NCBI GenBank assembly: GCA_016844925.1
Contig: JAERTI010000020.1
Location: 97 to 64,096 of the forward strand
Direction of reading: 5' to 3'
DNA length: 64,000 nt
DNA from: Candidatus Uhrbacteria bacterium
Lineage (GTDB): Bacteria > Patescibacteriota > Patescibacteriia > UBA9934 > GWF2-40-263
Shown here: in pieces, positions 1 through 8,140 of the stretch
Position numbering within the stretch: the stretch's first letter is position 1
How the letters are laid out: each line of letters opens with the position of its first letter
Position numbers and translations under genes: made by a program
The notes under the pieces: model-generated
The model's input: only the letters and a program-made list of their open reading frames with translations
Databases searched by the model: none
Told to the model about the DNA's origin: nothing

Positions 1-158
1 GGCACCATGTGGGTCGGGTCGGCGAGGTTGCCCTCGCGGGTGAAGCCCCGGCCGGGGTCCACGATGACCAGACCGACGTTGCCCTCGGCGGGCAGTTCGT
101 AGACCGTGGTGGTCACCGGAAGCAGGCGCTGCAGGGCAGCCAGATCGCTCTCGGACAT
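1..158 (-). CDS. Isochorismatase/nicotinamidase-like cysteine hydrolase, N-terminal part (runs off the window edge)
   Basis: Read manually from ATG at 158, SD AGGAG upstream: MSESDLAALQRLLPVTTTVYELPAEGNVGLVIVDPGRGFTREGNLADP. The LVIVD..xGF...G.L pattern matches the family's first catalytic Asp motif; lies next to nrtR. Confidence 0.6.
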   Translation of the reverse strand, partial: MSESDLAALQRLLPVTTTVYELPAEGNVGLVIVDPGRGFTREGNLADPTHMV

Positions 159-389
159 GGTGTCTCTCCTATGGAACGTTGCTTGCGGAAGCCGCAAGGG
201 CATTTTTACCAGTGTTTACTGATGAAAAGGCCCTTAGGGCTATCAAACTAGCGACGGCAAAGATTGCCTGAAATTGGGGGTTTTGTCAATGCTTCGTGTG
301 AGAGGTTGTCGCGAGCGCGCCTGGGCGGGTGAGGCCCAGGCCGCACGCTCTTGTTTTGTGAGATCGACCGCTCACGAGATGTTTTGATG

Positions 390-404
390 ATGTATAAATT
401 ACAC
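390..404. promoter_or_regulatory. Candidate NrtR operator (GT-N7-AC core)
   Basis: ATGTATAAATTACAC; its reverse complement GTGTAATTTATACAT matches the box at 1152-1166 at 12 of 15 positions. Confidence 0.6.
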
Positions 405-453
405 TAACTTAGAATCGTTTAGAGCGGGAGGAAAATCCTCCCGCGACTAATCG

Positions 454-1128
454 TTACACCACTTGGACAAACACCAGCTTTTTGTCCTTGAATCGGTACA
501 GGGCTGCTGGTCTGTGGGCCTGTCCGTAGCGCTTCTTTCCTGTTGCCTTAATCATGTGCAGTTCAGCAATACGCTTACGGAAGTTTCGCTTATCGAGCGT
601 CTCTCCAAGAATGATCTCGTACACGCGTTGGAGCTCTGTGAGGGTGAACTCTTTTGGGAGCAGGCTCCAGACAATGTTGGTGTATTGGATCTTTGTTTTA
701 ATGCGCTCCACCGTTATCTTGACCACCTGCTTGTGATCATAGGCCAGGGGAGGGAGCTTACTTACCGGCCACCAGCGGACATCCATGTACTTTTCATTGG
801 TGGTGAGAGACACTTTTTCATCTGGCACCAGGGCAACGTGAGCGACAGAGATGACACGGCCGGCTGGGTCGCGATCTGGTTCATCAAAGGTCATAAGTTG
901 TTCTAGGTAGACCTGTGTGAGCCCGGTTGATTCTTTGAGAATCCGTTGGGCGGCTGTTTCTGTTGTTTCGTCTTCCTCGATGAGTCCACCTGGGAGTGCC
1001 CACTGTGCTTCAAAGGGAGCTTTTTTCATCTGGATAAGAAGGACGCAGAGTTCATCTTCACGAATGGTGAGAATGGCAGCGTCTACAGCAACCTTAATGT
1101 TTTGTGTGGAAGCGTGATACTTGGCCAT
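454..1128 (-). CDS. nrtR: NrtR-family Nudix-related transcriptional regulator (Nudix + wHTH)
   Basis: WALPGG...E Nudix box, RDPAGRVIS, LAYDH, and FTLTELQ..YE...LDKRNFRK..RPAALY wHTH; start taken at MAKYH. Confidence 0.9.
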   Translation of the reverse strand: MAKYHASTQNIKVAVDAAILTIREDELCVLLIQMKKAPFEAQWALPGGLIEEDETTETAAQRILKESTGLTQVYLEQLMTFDEPDRDPAGRVISVAHVALVPDEKVSLTTNEKYMDVRWWPVSKLPPLAYDHKQVVKITVERIKTKIQYTNIVWSLLPKEFTLTELQRVYEIILGETLDKRNFRKRIAELHMIKATGKKRYGQAHRPAALYRFKDKKLVFVQVV

Positions 1129-1151
1129 AAAGAGGAAACTAGCGCTTATTG

Positions 1152-1185
1152 GTGTCAATTATACACAAAGTAATCTGGGTGTCAA
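1152..1185 (-). promoter_or_regulatory. nrtR sigma70 promoter with overlapping NrtR operator
   Basis: Minus strand TTGACA (1185-1180), 16 bp, TATAAT (1163-1158); palindrome GTGT-CAATTAT-ACAC at 1152-1166 covers the -10. Confidence 0.75.
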
Positions 1186-1215
1186 GCAGGGAAAAAACCG
1201 TTATACTTTTTGCGT

Positions 1216-1785
1216 ATGAAATTGGAGCACATAGAAGCAGTTACTTGGAAATCCATCTGGGAAGACTGGCGCAAGAACGAAGAAGAATCGTGGCGCGTCC
1301 ACTACACAGAGCGCGGTTTTGATTCTTGGGATGCCTGGCGTTCTCGCTATTTTGAAGTCTTCGATCCTCGTAAGTTCTCTTGGAGTCAGTATCGTCTTGA
1401 GGACCCGCTTGCAGATGTGCCTGAGATGTTTGTTGGGCCGTTCCGTGGGTGGGTGCCGTATTATGAAGATCGTGAACAGTCTCGATTTAAAAACATTATT
1501 CAGCATCCAAAGTTTCTCGGAGATGAAAAGGATGTGAAGGTACGTGAGATTGTTCGATCGTTTCCGGAGAAGACACAGCTCATCGCACTGCGTTGCAAGG
1601 ACAAGGTTATGATTGTAGAGGGGACGCATCGTAGTTGCGCAATTGCGTTGGCGGCTCAGGAGGGGTTGGGTCTTGAAAGTGAGATCTTGATCGCGCTTAC
1701 AGATGTTGATGAACAGACGTTTGAAAACGTAGTTAATCATGTGGTGGTCGTGCCCTATGCGCACGAGTTAAAAGAACAGGTATGA
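1216..1785 (+). CDS. Hypothetical protein with ParB/Srx-like motif
   Basis: Trp-rich N-terminus; IVEGTHR resembles the ParB/Srx (D/E)GxHR motif. Confidence 0.55.
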   Translation: MKLEHIEAVTWKSIWEDWRKNEEESWRVHYTERGFDSWDAWRSRYFEVFDPRKFSWSQYRLEDPLADVPEMFVGPFRGWVPYYEDREQSRFKNIIQHPKFLGDEKDVKVREIVRSFPEKTQLIALRCKDKVMIVEGTHRSCAIALAAQEGLGLESEILIALTDVDEQTFENVVNHVVVVPYAHELKEQV

Positions 1786-2522
1786 GATTGAAACGAGGTT
1801 TGTTTGCCAATGAGATCGTCGCGGAGTTTTTGCCGCCGGTACGGCCCTCGAATCGAGTGGTGGTGCTCTGTGACGGACTTCCTTCAACACCAGGAAAAGC
1901 ATCGGTGGTGAAGTGGTTCTCTCAAAAGGGGTACTGGTGTTTTAATCTTCGGTACCGAGGGACATGGGAGAGTCGCGGGACGTTTCTTGACCATGAGCCA
2001 GCGCAGGACATCTTTGATTTAATCGAGGCGCTGCCGCAGGGCTTTACGTCAATTTGGACCAAGGAGACGTTTTCTGTCGAGCCGGAGTTTGTGGCCGTTG
2101 TGGGGGCGAGCTTTGGTGGGACGGCGGCGCTCATGGCGGCGCTGGACGATCGTATTGATAAAGTTGTGGCGCTCTCGCCAGTAGTCGATTGGACCGATGA
2201 AAGCGAGGATGAACCGATGGATTGGCTTGGGGAGGTGATTGCGCAGGGGTACGGGGGTGCTATTCGTGTTGCTCCGGAGGATTGGGCGCGGCTCAGTCGT
2301 GGGGAGTTGTATCAACCTGCCGCGCACACCCATCAATTTGATCCACACAAGCTCTTCATCGTCCACGCGCAGGATGATAAAGTAGTACATATAGGGCCGA
2401 CACTTGAGCTCATTGAGAAGACTGGTTGCAAGGGGAAGATTCTGAAGAAAGGAGGGCATTTCTCCTCTCGTGCCGTGACCAAGTGGCCCCTTAGCTGGCA
2501 GGTTCAACGATTCCTTTCCTAG
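1782..2522 (+). CDS. Alpha/beta hydrolase (S9-like)
   Basis: YRGTWESRG, GASFG nucleophile, DDKVV acid, GGH histidine. Confidence 0.85.
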   Translation: MRLKRGLFANEIVAEFLPPVRPSNRVVVLCDGLPSTPGKASVVKWFSQKGYWCFNLRYRGTWESRGTFLDHEPAQDIFDLIEALPQGFTSIWTKETFSVEPEFVAVVGASFGGTAALMAALDDRIDKVVALSPVVDWTDESEDEPMDWLGEVIAQGYGGAIRVAPEDWARLSRGELYQPAAHTHQFDPHKLFIVHAQDDKVVHIGPTLELIEKTGCKGKILKKGGHFSSRAVTKWPLSWQVQRFLS

Positions 2523-2523
2523 T

Positions 2524-2883
2524 ATGCGTGCAAAACTCACCTACATTTCCATCATCGCGATCACGGCATTTATTCCGTGGCTGATTACACTTGCGGCACT
2601 TGGCCCGGCGAGTTCTCTACCTAGGATCGCATTTTTGGCCGTACACTATCTTCTTATTATCTTGCTCTTTGGGGTGGCGTTTGCGAATTACTTCAAGGGA
2701 CACCGAAAGGAAGATCCGTTTACCGTCATGGGGGTGGCGATGTTGAGCTTGTTTGTTTACGAGATTGTCTATTTCAAATTTCTCTACGAGGGAGAGCTCT
2801 GGTTCCTGACCTATTGGGACTGGATTGTCCCTGCATTCCTTATTGCTTCAACGATTTATTTCGTCGGAAAGGCCTTCAAGTGA
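2524..2883 (+). CDS. Small 4-TM membrane protein (paralogue of 14042-14398)
   Basis: Hydrophobic helices; YE..F..LY.GE.WFL...DWI.P motif shared with 14042-14398. Confidence 0.75.
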   Translation: MRAKLTYISIIAITAFIPWLITLAALGPASSLPRIAFLAVHYLLIILLFGVAFANYFKGHRKEDPFTVMGVAMLSLFVYEIVYFKFLYEGELWFLTYWDWIVPAFLIASTIYFVGKAFK

Positions 2884-2948
2884 AGGCCTTTTCTAATAGA
2901 AGTAAGTCTGTTACGCTCCTTCGGCACAACCAACTGGGAAGGTGCATT

Positions 2949-3809
2949 ATGGGGAAAAAGTTCCTGGGAGGCGCGATCCTCTTCCTGTTCGTGCTGGGGA
3001 TGCTCTTCATCGCGATTCCTCAGCTGCTCTCGCGAAGAGCGCTGAACTGGCTCCGTCGCGCAGACGATGACGTCAGGAGTTTCACAGAGCGTCAGTGGCA
3101 GGCCACGTGGGCCCGTCGCTACTGGCGGCTCTTCTGCCACATCATGGGCATGAGCATGCCCCCCAAGTTCCTGGGGGAGCGTCACACCATGGGTGGGCCG
3201 TACATCTATGTGCTCAACCACCGCTGTGTCCTGGATCACTTTCTGGGACAGCACGTCCTGGCGTGCTCGGGGGTGAAGGACAGCCTCTGGGTGATCAAGC
3301 AGCAGATGGCCAATGAGCCTGTTCTGGGCAAGTCCATGGGGGGCGCTGGCTACGCGCTGGTCAAGCGAGGGGGAGAAGATCCCGAAGGTGATCGAGAGCG
3401 GATTCGTCAGATGGCGCGTCGGGCCAAGCGGATCGGCGCGTCCGTGGTCATCTACGCCGAGGGCACGCGCTACGACGCGCGTGAGTGGGAGAGTTTGGGG
3501 CGTCACAGCGACTACGCTCCGCATTTGGCTCCGCCCCGCATCACGGGCTTTGCCGAGCTGTGCGACGAGCTCCCGGACTGGCCGGTGAAGGTTGTCTGCA
3601 TGGATTGGCGCGGCATGATCGGCGGCAAGACCATCTGGGATGGCGAAGCCTACGCCGGCCTGCATGGTCGTGTGCTCATCTGGGAAGAGGAGAACCCGGG
3701 CAAGGACGGAGCGCGCGAGTTCCTCTACAGCATGTGGGACCGCATGTACAACGAGATGAGTGGTCAGGCCGACACGCGCCTGAAGATCGCTCGCGCACGC
3801 GAGGCCTGA
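2949..3809 (+). CDS. PlsC-family (lysophospholipid) acyltransferase
   Basis: NHRCVLD (HX4D), YAEGTR, N-terminal TM helix; GC-rich codons. Confidence 0.85.
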   Translation: MGKKFLGGAILFLFVLGMLFIAIPQLLSRRALNWLRRADDDVRSFTERQWQATWARRYWRLFCHIMGMSMPPKFLGERHTMGGPYIYVLNHRCVLDHFLGQHVLACSGVKDSLWVIKQQMANEPVLGKSMGGAGYALVKRGGEDPEGDRERIRQMARRAKRIGASVVIYAEGTRYDAREWESLGRHSDYAPHLAPPRITGFAELCDELPDWPVKVVCMDWRGMIGGKTIWDGEAYAGLHGRVLIWEEENPGKDGAREFLYSMWDRMYNEMSGQADTRLKIARAREA

Positions 3810-3862
3810 GAGCCTCACACCTGTCGATTTATCGGCAGGTTTTTTGATAGACTGGTAGAGTC

Positions 3863-4204
3863 ATGCCAATCTTTTATTACAATGATGCGTGTTCCTACTG
3901 TCGACAGTGGGCAAGGTGGTGCGAGGGTCGTGTTGACTCTCAGGTTCAGTTTGAGCCATTGCCAGAAGATGATCCAAAGACAACGCCAAAGTTTCTTACC
4001 TCTGGTGGAGTGGTGCTTGAGGGTGTCCATGGCATTGTTGAGATGCTTGCGCTTAGTCCGTCATGGCGCTGGCCTCGCTTCATGTATCGTTTTGTTCCTG
4101 GTGTAGCTGTATTTTCAGAATGGTTCTTTTCGTATCTATCTCAGTGCCCAGTTTGCGCAGAACGTATTTCTGGTAAATTATTGCGAGTGAAGAAAAAGCG
4201 CTAA
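3863..4204 (+). CDS. DCC1/DUF393-like thiol-disulfide oxidoreductase
   Basis: IFYYNDACSYC N-terminal DxxCxxC-like motif. Confidence 0.7.
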   Translation: MPIFYYNDACSYCRQWARWCEGRVDSQVQFEPLPEDDPKTTPKFLTSGGVVLEGVHGIVEMLALSPSWRWPRFMYRFVPGVAVFSEWFFSYLSQCPVCAERISGKLLRVKKKR

Positions 4205-4309
4205 ATACAGGTCTTTTTTTATGCGGTGTCCACAGCCGTTTTTTTATATCCCTTAACAAGATTGCCAACTCCGTCTATACTTCCGGCGTTTTTAAGATTA
4301 AACAACGTT

Positions 4310-5704
4310 ATGTCTGAGATTGTGAACCATGCGAAGGCACTATGGCGCGCAAAGCGTTTCCATGTGATCTCCTTCGCTTTTTTAATTGTCCTCGCGGCAA
4401 ATAGTGTTGCTGCAGGCGGAGGTGGAGGAGCTGAGGGACACGGAGCAAGTATTACCTTGCTTTGGATCGCCGTCATTTTGATCGCGGCTAAGCTTGCGTC
4501 ACTCGTAGAGCGATGGGGTCAGCCGGCTGTGCTCGGTGAGCTGGTCATGGGTGTGATTCTCGGAAACTTGTTCATGGCAGGGATCGACGTGTTTGAGTCC
4601 ATCAAACATGACGAGATCATTGCGTTCCTTTCTGAGCTTGGTGTGATCATCTTGCTCTTCCAGATCGGACTGGAATCCAACATTGCTGAAATGAAGAAGG
4701 TGGGAGTGCGCGCTCTGATGGTTGCTATCATTGGTGTGGTCGCTCCGTTTGTTCTCGGTGCCTATGTGGTTGGGCCATGGCTCATGCCAGGCATGGAGAT
4801 GGTTGCGTACCTCTTCTTGGGTGCAGCTCTTACCGCTACCTCTGTAGGTATTACCGCCCGCGTGTTCAAGGACCTTGGTAAGTTGCAGACAAAGGAGGCA
4901 CAGATTGTTCTTGGTGCCGCCGTATTTGATGATGTATTTGGTCTGATCATCCTCGCGGTGGTGAGTGCTATTGCGACTATTGGCGCTGTATCCGTTGGCG
5001 CTGTAAGTATCATTGTTGCCAAAGCGTTCTTGTTTCTGGCCGGTTCTGTGGTTCTGGGAATGCTCATGGCTCCACGTCTTGGAAAGATTTTTTCAAAGAT
5101 TCACACCGGTGTGGGCATGAAGTTTACTTTGGCCGTGTCCATCTGTTTGATCTTTGCTTACGTGGCCGGACTCATCGGCTTGGCACCAATCATTGGTGCG
5201 TTTGCTGCCGGATTGGTTCTGGATCCTGTGCACTTCCGTTACTTTAAGGCGCCAAAGATGGTGAATGACGTGAAGAAGCTTGCAGAAAAGCACAATGGAG
5301 AGTTCAAGGAAGAATTGGAAGAGGCTTTGGAGCACCATGGCCATCGTCACATTGAGGATTTGATCGAGCCACTCGCTTACTTCCTTGTGCCAATCTTCTT
5401 TATTGTTACAGGTATGAAGGTGGCTCTTGAGAGTCTCTTCAACACACAAATCCTTGGTGTGGCTTTGGCTATTACCGTTGTAGCTATCATCGGTAAGTAC
5501 ATCTCTGGATATGCTGCCGGAAACGTGAACAAGAAAATTGTTGGTGTTGGAATGATTCCTCGTGGAGAGGTGGGGCTTATTTTCGCAGCGATTGGTCAGA
5601 GTCTTGGCGTGCTTTCAGATGACCTGTTCTCTGTCATTATTGTCATGGTGATCTTGACTACCCTCATGGCACCACCGATTCTCGCGAAGTTGCTCAAGAA
5701 ATAA
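4310..5704 (+). CDS. CPA2-family cation:proton antiporter (NapA/KefB-like)
   Basis: GQPAVLGE, LLFQIGLE, ATSVGIT, AAVFDD, PRGEV; about 13 TM helices. Confidence 0.92.
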   Translation: MSEIVNHAKALWRAKRFHVISFAFLIVLAANSVAAGGGGGAEGHGASITLLWIAVILIAAKLASLVERWGQPAVLGELVMGVILGNLFMAGIDVFESIKHDEIIAFLSELGVIILLFQIGLESNIAEMKKVGVRALMVAIIGVVAPFVLGAYVVGPWLMPGMEMVAYLFLGAALTATSVGITARVFKDLGKLQTKEAQIVLGAAVFDDVFGLIILAVVSAIATIGAVSVGAVSIIVAKAFLFLAGSVVLGMLMAPRLGKIFSKIHTGVGMKFTLAVSICLIFAYVAGLIGLAPIIGAFAAGLVLDPVHFRYFKAPKMVNDVKKLAEKHNGEFKEELEEALEHHGHRHIEDLIEPLAYFLVPIFFIVTGMKVALESLFNTQILGVALAITVVAIIGKYISGYAAGNVNKKIVGVGMIPRGEVGLIFAAIGQSLGVLSDDLFSVIIVMVILTTLMAPPILAKLLKK

Positions 5705-5714
5705 AGCTGAAGTT

Positions 5715-5742
5715 AAAAAAGCTGCCCACGGGCAGCTTTTTT
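5715..5742 (+). terminator. Intrinsic terminator
   Basis: AAAAAA-GCTGCCC-AC-GGGCAGC-TTTTTT. Confidence 0.8.
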
Positions 5743-5780
5743 GTTTGCAAGAAAAAATCCCTGCCAGAAGGGCAGGGGGT

Positions 5781-6509
5781 CTACTCGCTGAACCAGCGCT
5801 CGATGCGTTCGAGCGAAGGTTGGACGCGGTGGAAGCTCTCGCTGGCGATCAGACTGTGATCACCTGCGACACGAACGACCTTCACGCGCTCGTCGGGGTA
5901 GGTGGCGTGGGCGACGAAGAAGTCCTTCTCCGGCACGATGGCCATCACCTCGCAGGGCAGCGGAGGCATCCACAGGCGCAGCGGAGGCATGGAGATCTGC
6001 CTCACGGCGCCACAGGGCTCCGGGTGCAGTGCGCGCTTGATCTGCTCACGCAGCGTGGCACGGCGATCGGGGTTGGTGCCACCCAGGAGCATGGCATCGA
6101 TCTGTTCGTCGGTGTCCAGCTCCAGGTCCTTGCCCAGCAGCACGCGCCACAGAGGGGCGAAGGCGATCATCAGGCCATGGATGAGCACGGCGATGCGGAT
6201 GCCACGCCGTTCCATGCCACCGAAGAGGGCGACCTTCTTGAAGAGCCCCGGTTGCTTGGCCGCAACGCCGCGAATGACCTGCGCCCCCATGCTGAACCCG
6301 ATGGCATAGCAGCCGTTGGGAAGCAGGGAGAGGTCGATGTGGGCGTTGTTGACGTAGCCCTTCAGGCTCGTGCCCTTGTAGTGAAGGATCACCACATTCC
6401 AGTCGGAGAAGAAGGCGATCACGTGGCGGAACCACCAGCGGACGTACTTCTTGTTCTTGTTTCCCCAGGCGCCGGGGAACAGCACTACGGTGCGCTTGGC
6501 GTCTCCCAT
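5781..6509 (-). CDS. Alpha/beta hydrolase
   Basis: LFPGAW oxyanion region, GFSMG nucleophile, D and GDH; SD AAGGAGG; own TTGACA promoter. Confidence 0.85.
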   Translation of the reverse strand: MGDAKRTVVLFPGAWGNKNKKYVRWWFRHVIAFFSDWNVVILHYKGTSLKGYVNNAHIDLSLLPNGCYAIGFSMGAQVIRGVAAKQPGLFKKVALFGGMERRGIRIAVLIHGLMIAFAPLWRVLLGKDLELDTDEQIDAMLLGGTNPDRRATLREQIKRALHPEPCGAVRQISMPPLRLWMPPLPCEVMAIVPEKDFFVAHATYPDERVKVVRVAGDHSLIASESFHRVQPSLERIERWFSE

Positions 6510-6609
6510 CAGGGCCTCCTTAAGGTGAGGGGTGACTGGGGAGATTAGGAGAGCCGTGGGGTTTTGTCAATAAAAAGGACCCAACGTGTTGTCGGGTCAG
6601 TGTTCACGG

Positions 6610-8019
6610 CTACTGCTCGTGAATGATTCGACTGATGCGCGCCATGACCTTGTGGGCCAACGGGAAGCGGTGTTCATCTGGAATCTTGACGTGGTATCGA
6701 CCGCCCTGAGCACGGACGAGTCTTTTGCTCACCATGTCCTGGAGTGTCGCTGCGAAGACTCGTCGTGGAGAGGAGACGTCAGGAAGGAACTGGCGACACA
6801 TGCGCCACAGGCGGTTTTCGTTGAGGTGAGGACTCGCAGCGAAGGTTATGAGCCTGTTTCCTTCACGAAGAAACCCGCAGAGCAGGATGGCCCGCGCGAA
6901 GGGGATGTTCAGGTCAGGGAACAGGTCCTCGAGTTCCAGCTTCTCCATCAGTTGCGGGAAGTCGGTGGCCCCGGTGGCCTGTTCGCGTTTCCTGTAGTTT
7001 GGGTGGTGACGCTTCAGACCGGTGAACTTCGTTCGTTCGGTTTTTGGTTCCGGGAGTGAGAGACGTTGTCTCTCAAGAGTGTGTCGCCGCTGCTCTTCAT
7101 GGAGCATCTTCCAGGCATCGTAATCGTCTTTTGTTCCGCCCAGGGCGAAGAAGTCGACCAGGGACAGGTCGTTTTTGAACGGCTCCCACGCGTTACACAC
7201 CGCAACAAGCTGGTCGAATGTGTCCATTCTGTAGACGATGGATGCGTCCGAGCAGATGGCCTTGAGGTGACGCGCGTTGAGGTATCCGTTGACGATGTAT
7301 CGAAGCAGGTTATCAACCACCTGGATGTCGGTAGCGTCTGCGAGCTGAGCGATGCGGCCGCAGCTTACCCGTCTGCGGTTCGCCTCTTTGATCATCATCC
7401 ACAACTTTGGGATGCCGACTTTCACACCGTGAGGTGAGGTGTATGCCGCGTATGGTGTGGGGACGTTCCAGCTTTGAAAAAGCTTCGTGACCAGCTGCAG
7501 CTGTGCACTGTTTCCCAGAGGGGTGCCAATGCTTGGCTGCTCATGCCCCGGTCTCCAACCGTAGAGTTCGGCCATGAACCTGAACATGTGTCCGCAGCGT
7601 TTCCATATAGGCATCTTCATCAGGTGCCTGATTGCTGGAACGGCTTCGCCCCAGTTCAGCATGGCTGTTGCCGCCTGGACGAATTCCAGGGTTTCGACCC
7701 ATGAGAGCTGACCGAACCCCCAGTGCTCCATGATGGCGAGTGTGTTGAGAGCGTGGTCAGCTCGTCCTCCACACGCGTCGACCAGTGCCCCGAGGAATTG
7801 TTCGGTATTGGGCAGGCACACAGCGCCCACGCCGGTGGAGAGAGTGATGATCCTTTCCAGTGCCTGATGAGCCTCCTTTCTTAGGCTCGGCTTCATGTTG
7901 GATTGTTCCACGAAACTTCTGGTCACGGCGACGACAGTCTCCGCTGGCAGTGAGGTTTCGTAGAAGTACGGACTCAGGTCAAGGCGCGGTGCCTCGACCG
8001 GTGATTCGGTGGTCGACAT
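6610..8019 (-). CDS. Array paralogue 1: uncharacterised protein with TGxKRHH motif and wHTH-like C-terminus
   Basis: Start MSTTES after AGAAAGG; motifs GGTKDDY, TGLKRHHPNY, DF..L, FLREGNRL, LV...GGRY. Confidence 0.8.
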   Translation of the reverse strand: MSTTESPVEAPRLDLSPYFYETSLPAETVVAVTRSFVEQSNMKPSLRKEAHQALERIITLSTGVGAVCLPNTEQFLGALVDACGGRADHALNTLAIMEHWGFGQLSWVETLEFVQAATAMLNWGEAVPAIRHLMKMPIWKRCGHMFRFMAELYGWRPGHEQPSIGTPLGNSAQLQLVTKLFQSWNVPTPYAAYTSPHGVKVGIPKLWMMIKEANRRRVSCGRIAQLADATDIQVVDNLLRYIVNGYLNARHLKAICSDASIVYRMDTFDQLVAVCNAWEPFKNDLSLVDFFALGGTKDDYDAWKMLHEEQRRHTLERQRLSLPEPKTERTKFTGLKRHHPNYRKREQATGATDFPQLMEKLELEDLFPDLNIPFARAILLCGFLREGNRLITFAASPHLNENRLWRMCRQFLPDVSSPRRVFAATLQDMVSKRLVRAQGGRYHVKIPDEHRFPLAHKVMARISRIIHEQ

Positions 8020-8028
8020 AGTGTCGAT

Positions 8029-8101
8029 CCTTTCTCTTCGCCGCACGCCCCGGAAGGGGGGCGAAGGTATCGACACTAGCGGCATGAAGGATTCATGTCA
8101 A
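8029..8101 (-). promoter_or_regulatory. Type-B promoter and leader hairpin (copy 1)
   Basis: TTGACA-17-TAGTGT, then CTTCGCC...GGCGAAG stem and AGAAAGG; near-identical to 11286-11356. Confidence 0.75.
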
Positions 8102-8140
8102 TAAAAAAACCCCGACGTTGTGGCCGGGAAGGGGCGTCTC

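Noticed and set aside
9-251. 80-aa plus-strand ORF
   Set aside because: Shadow of the minus-strand hydrolase fragment, which has the SD and family motif
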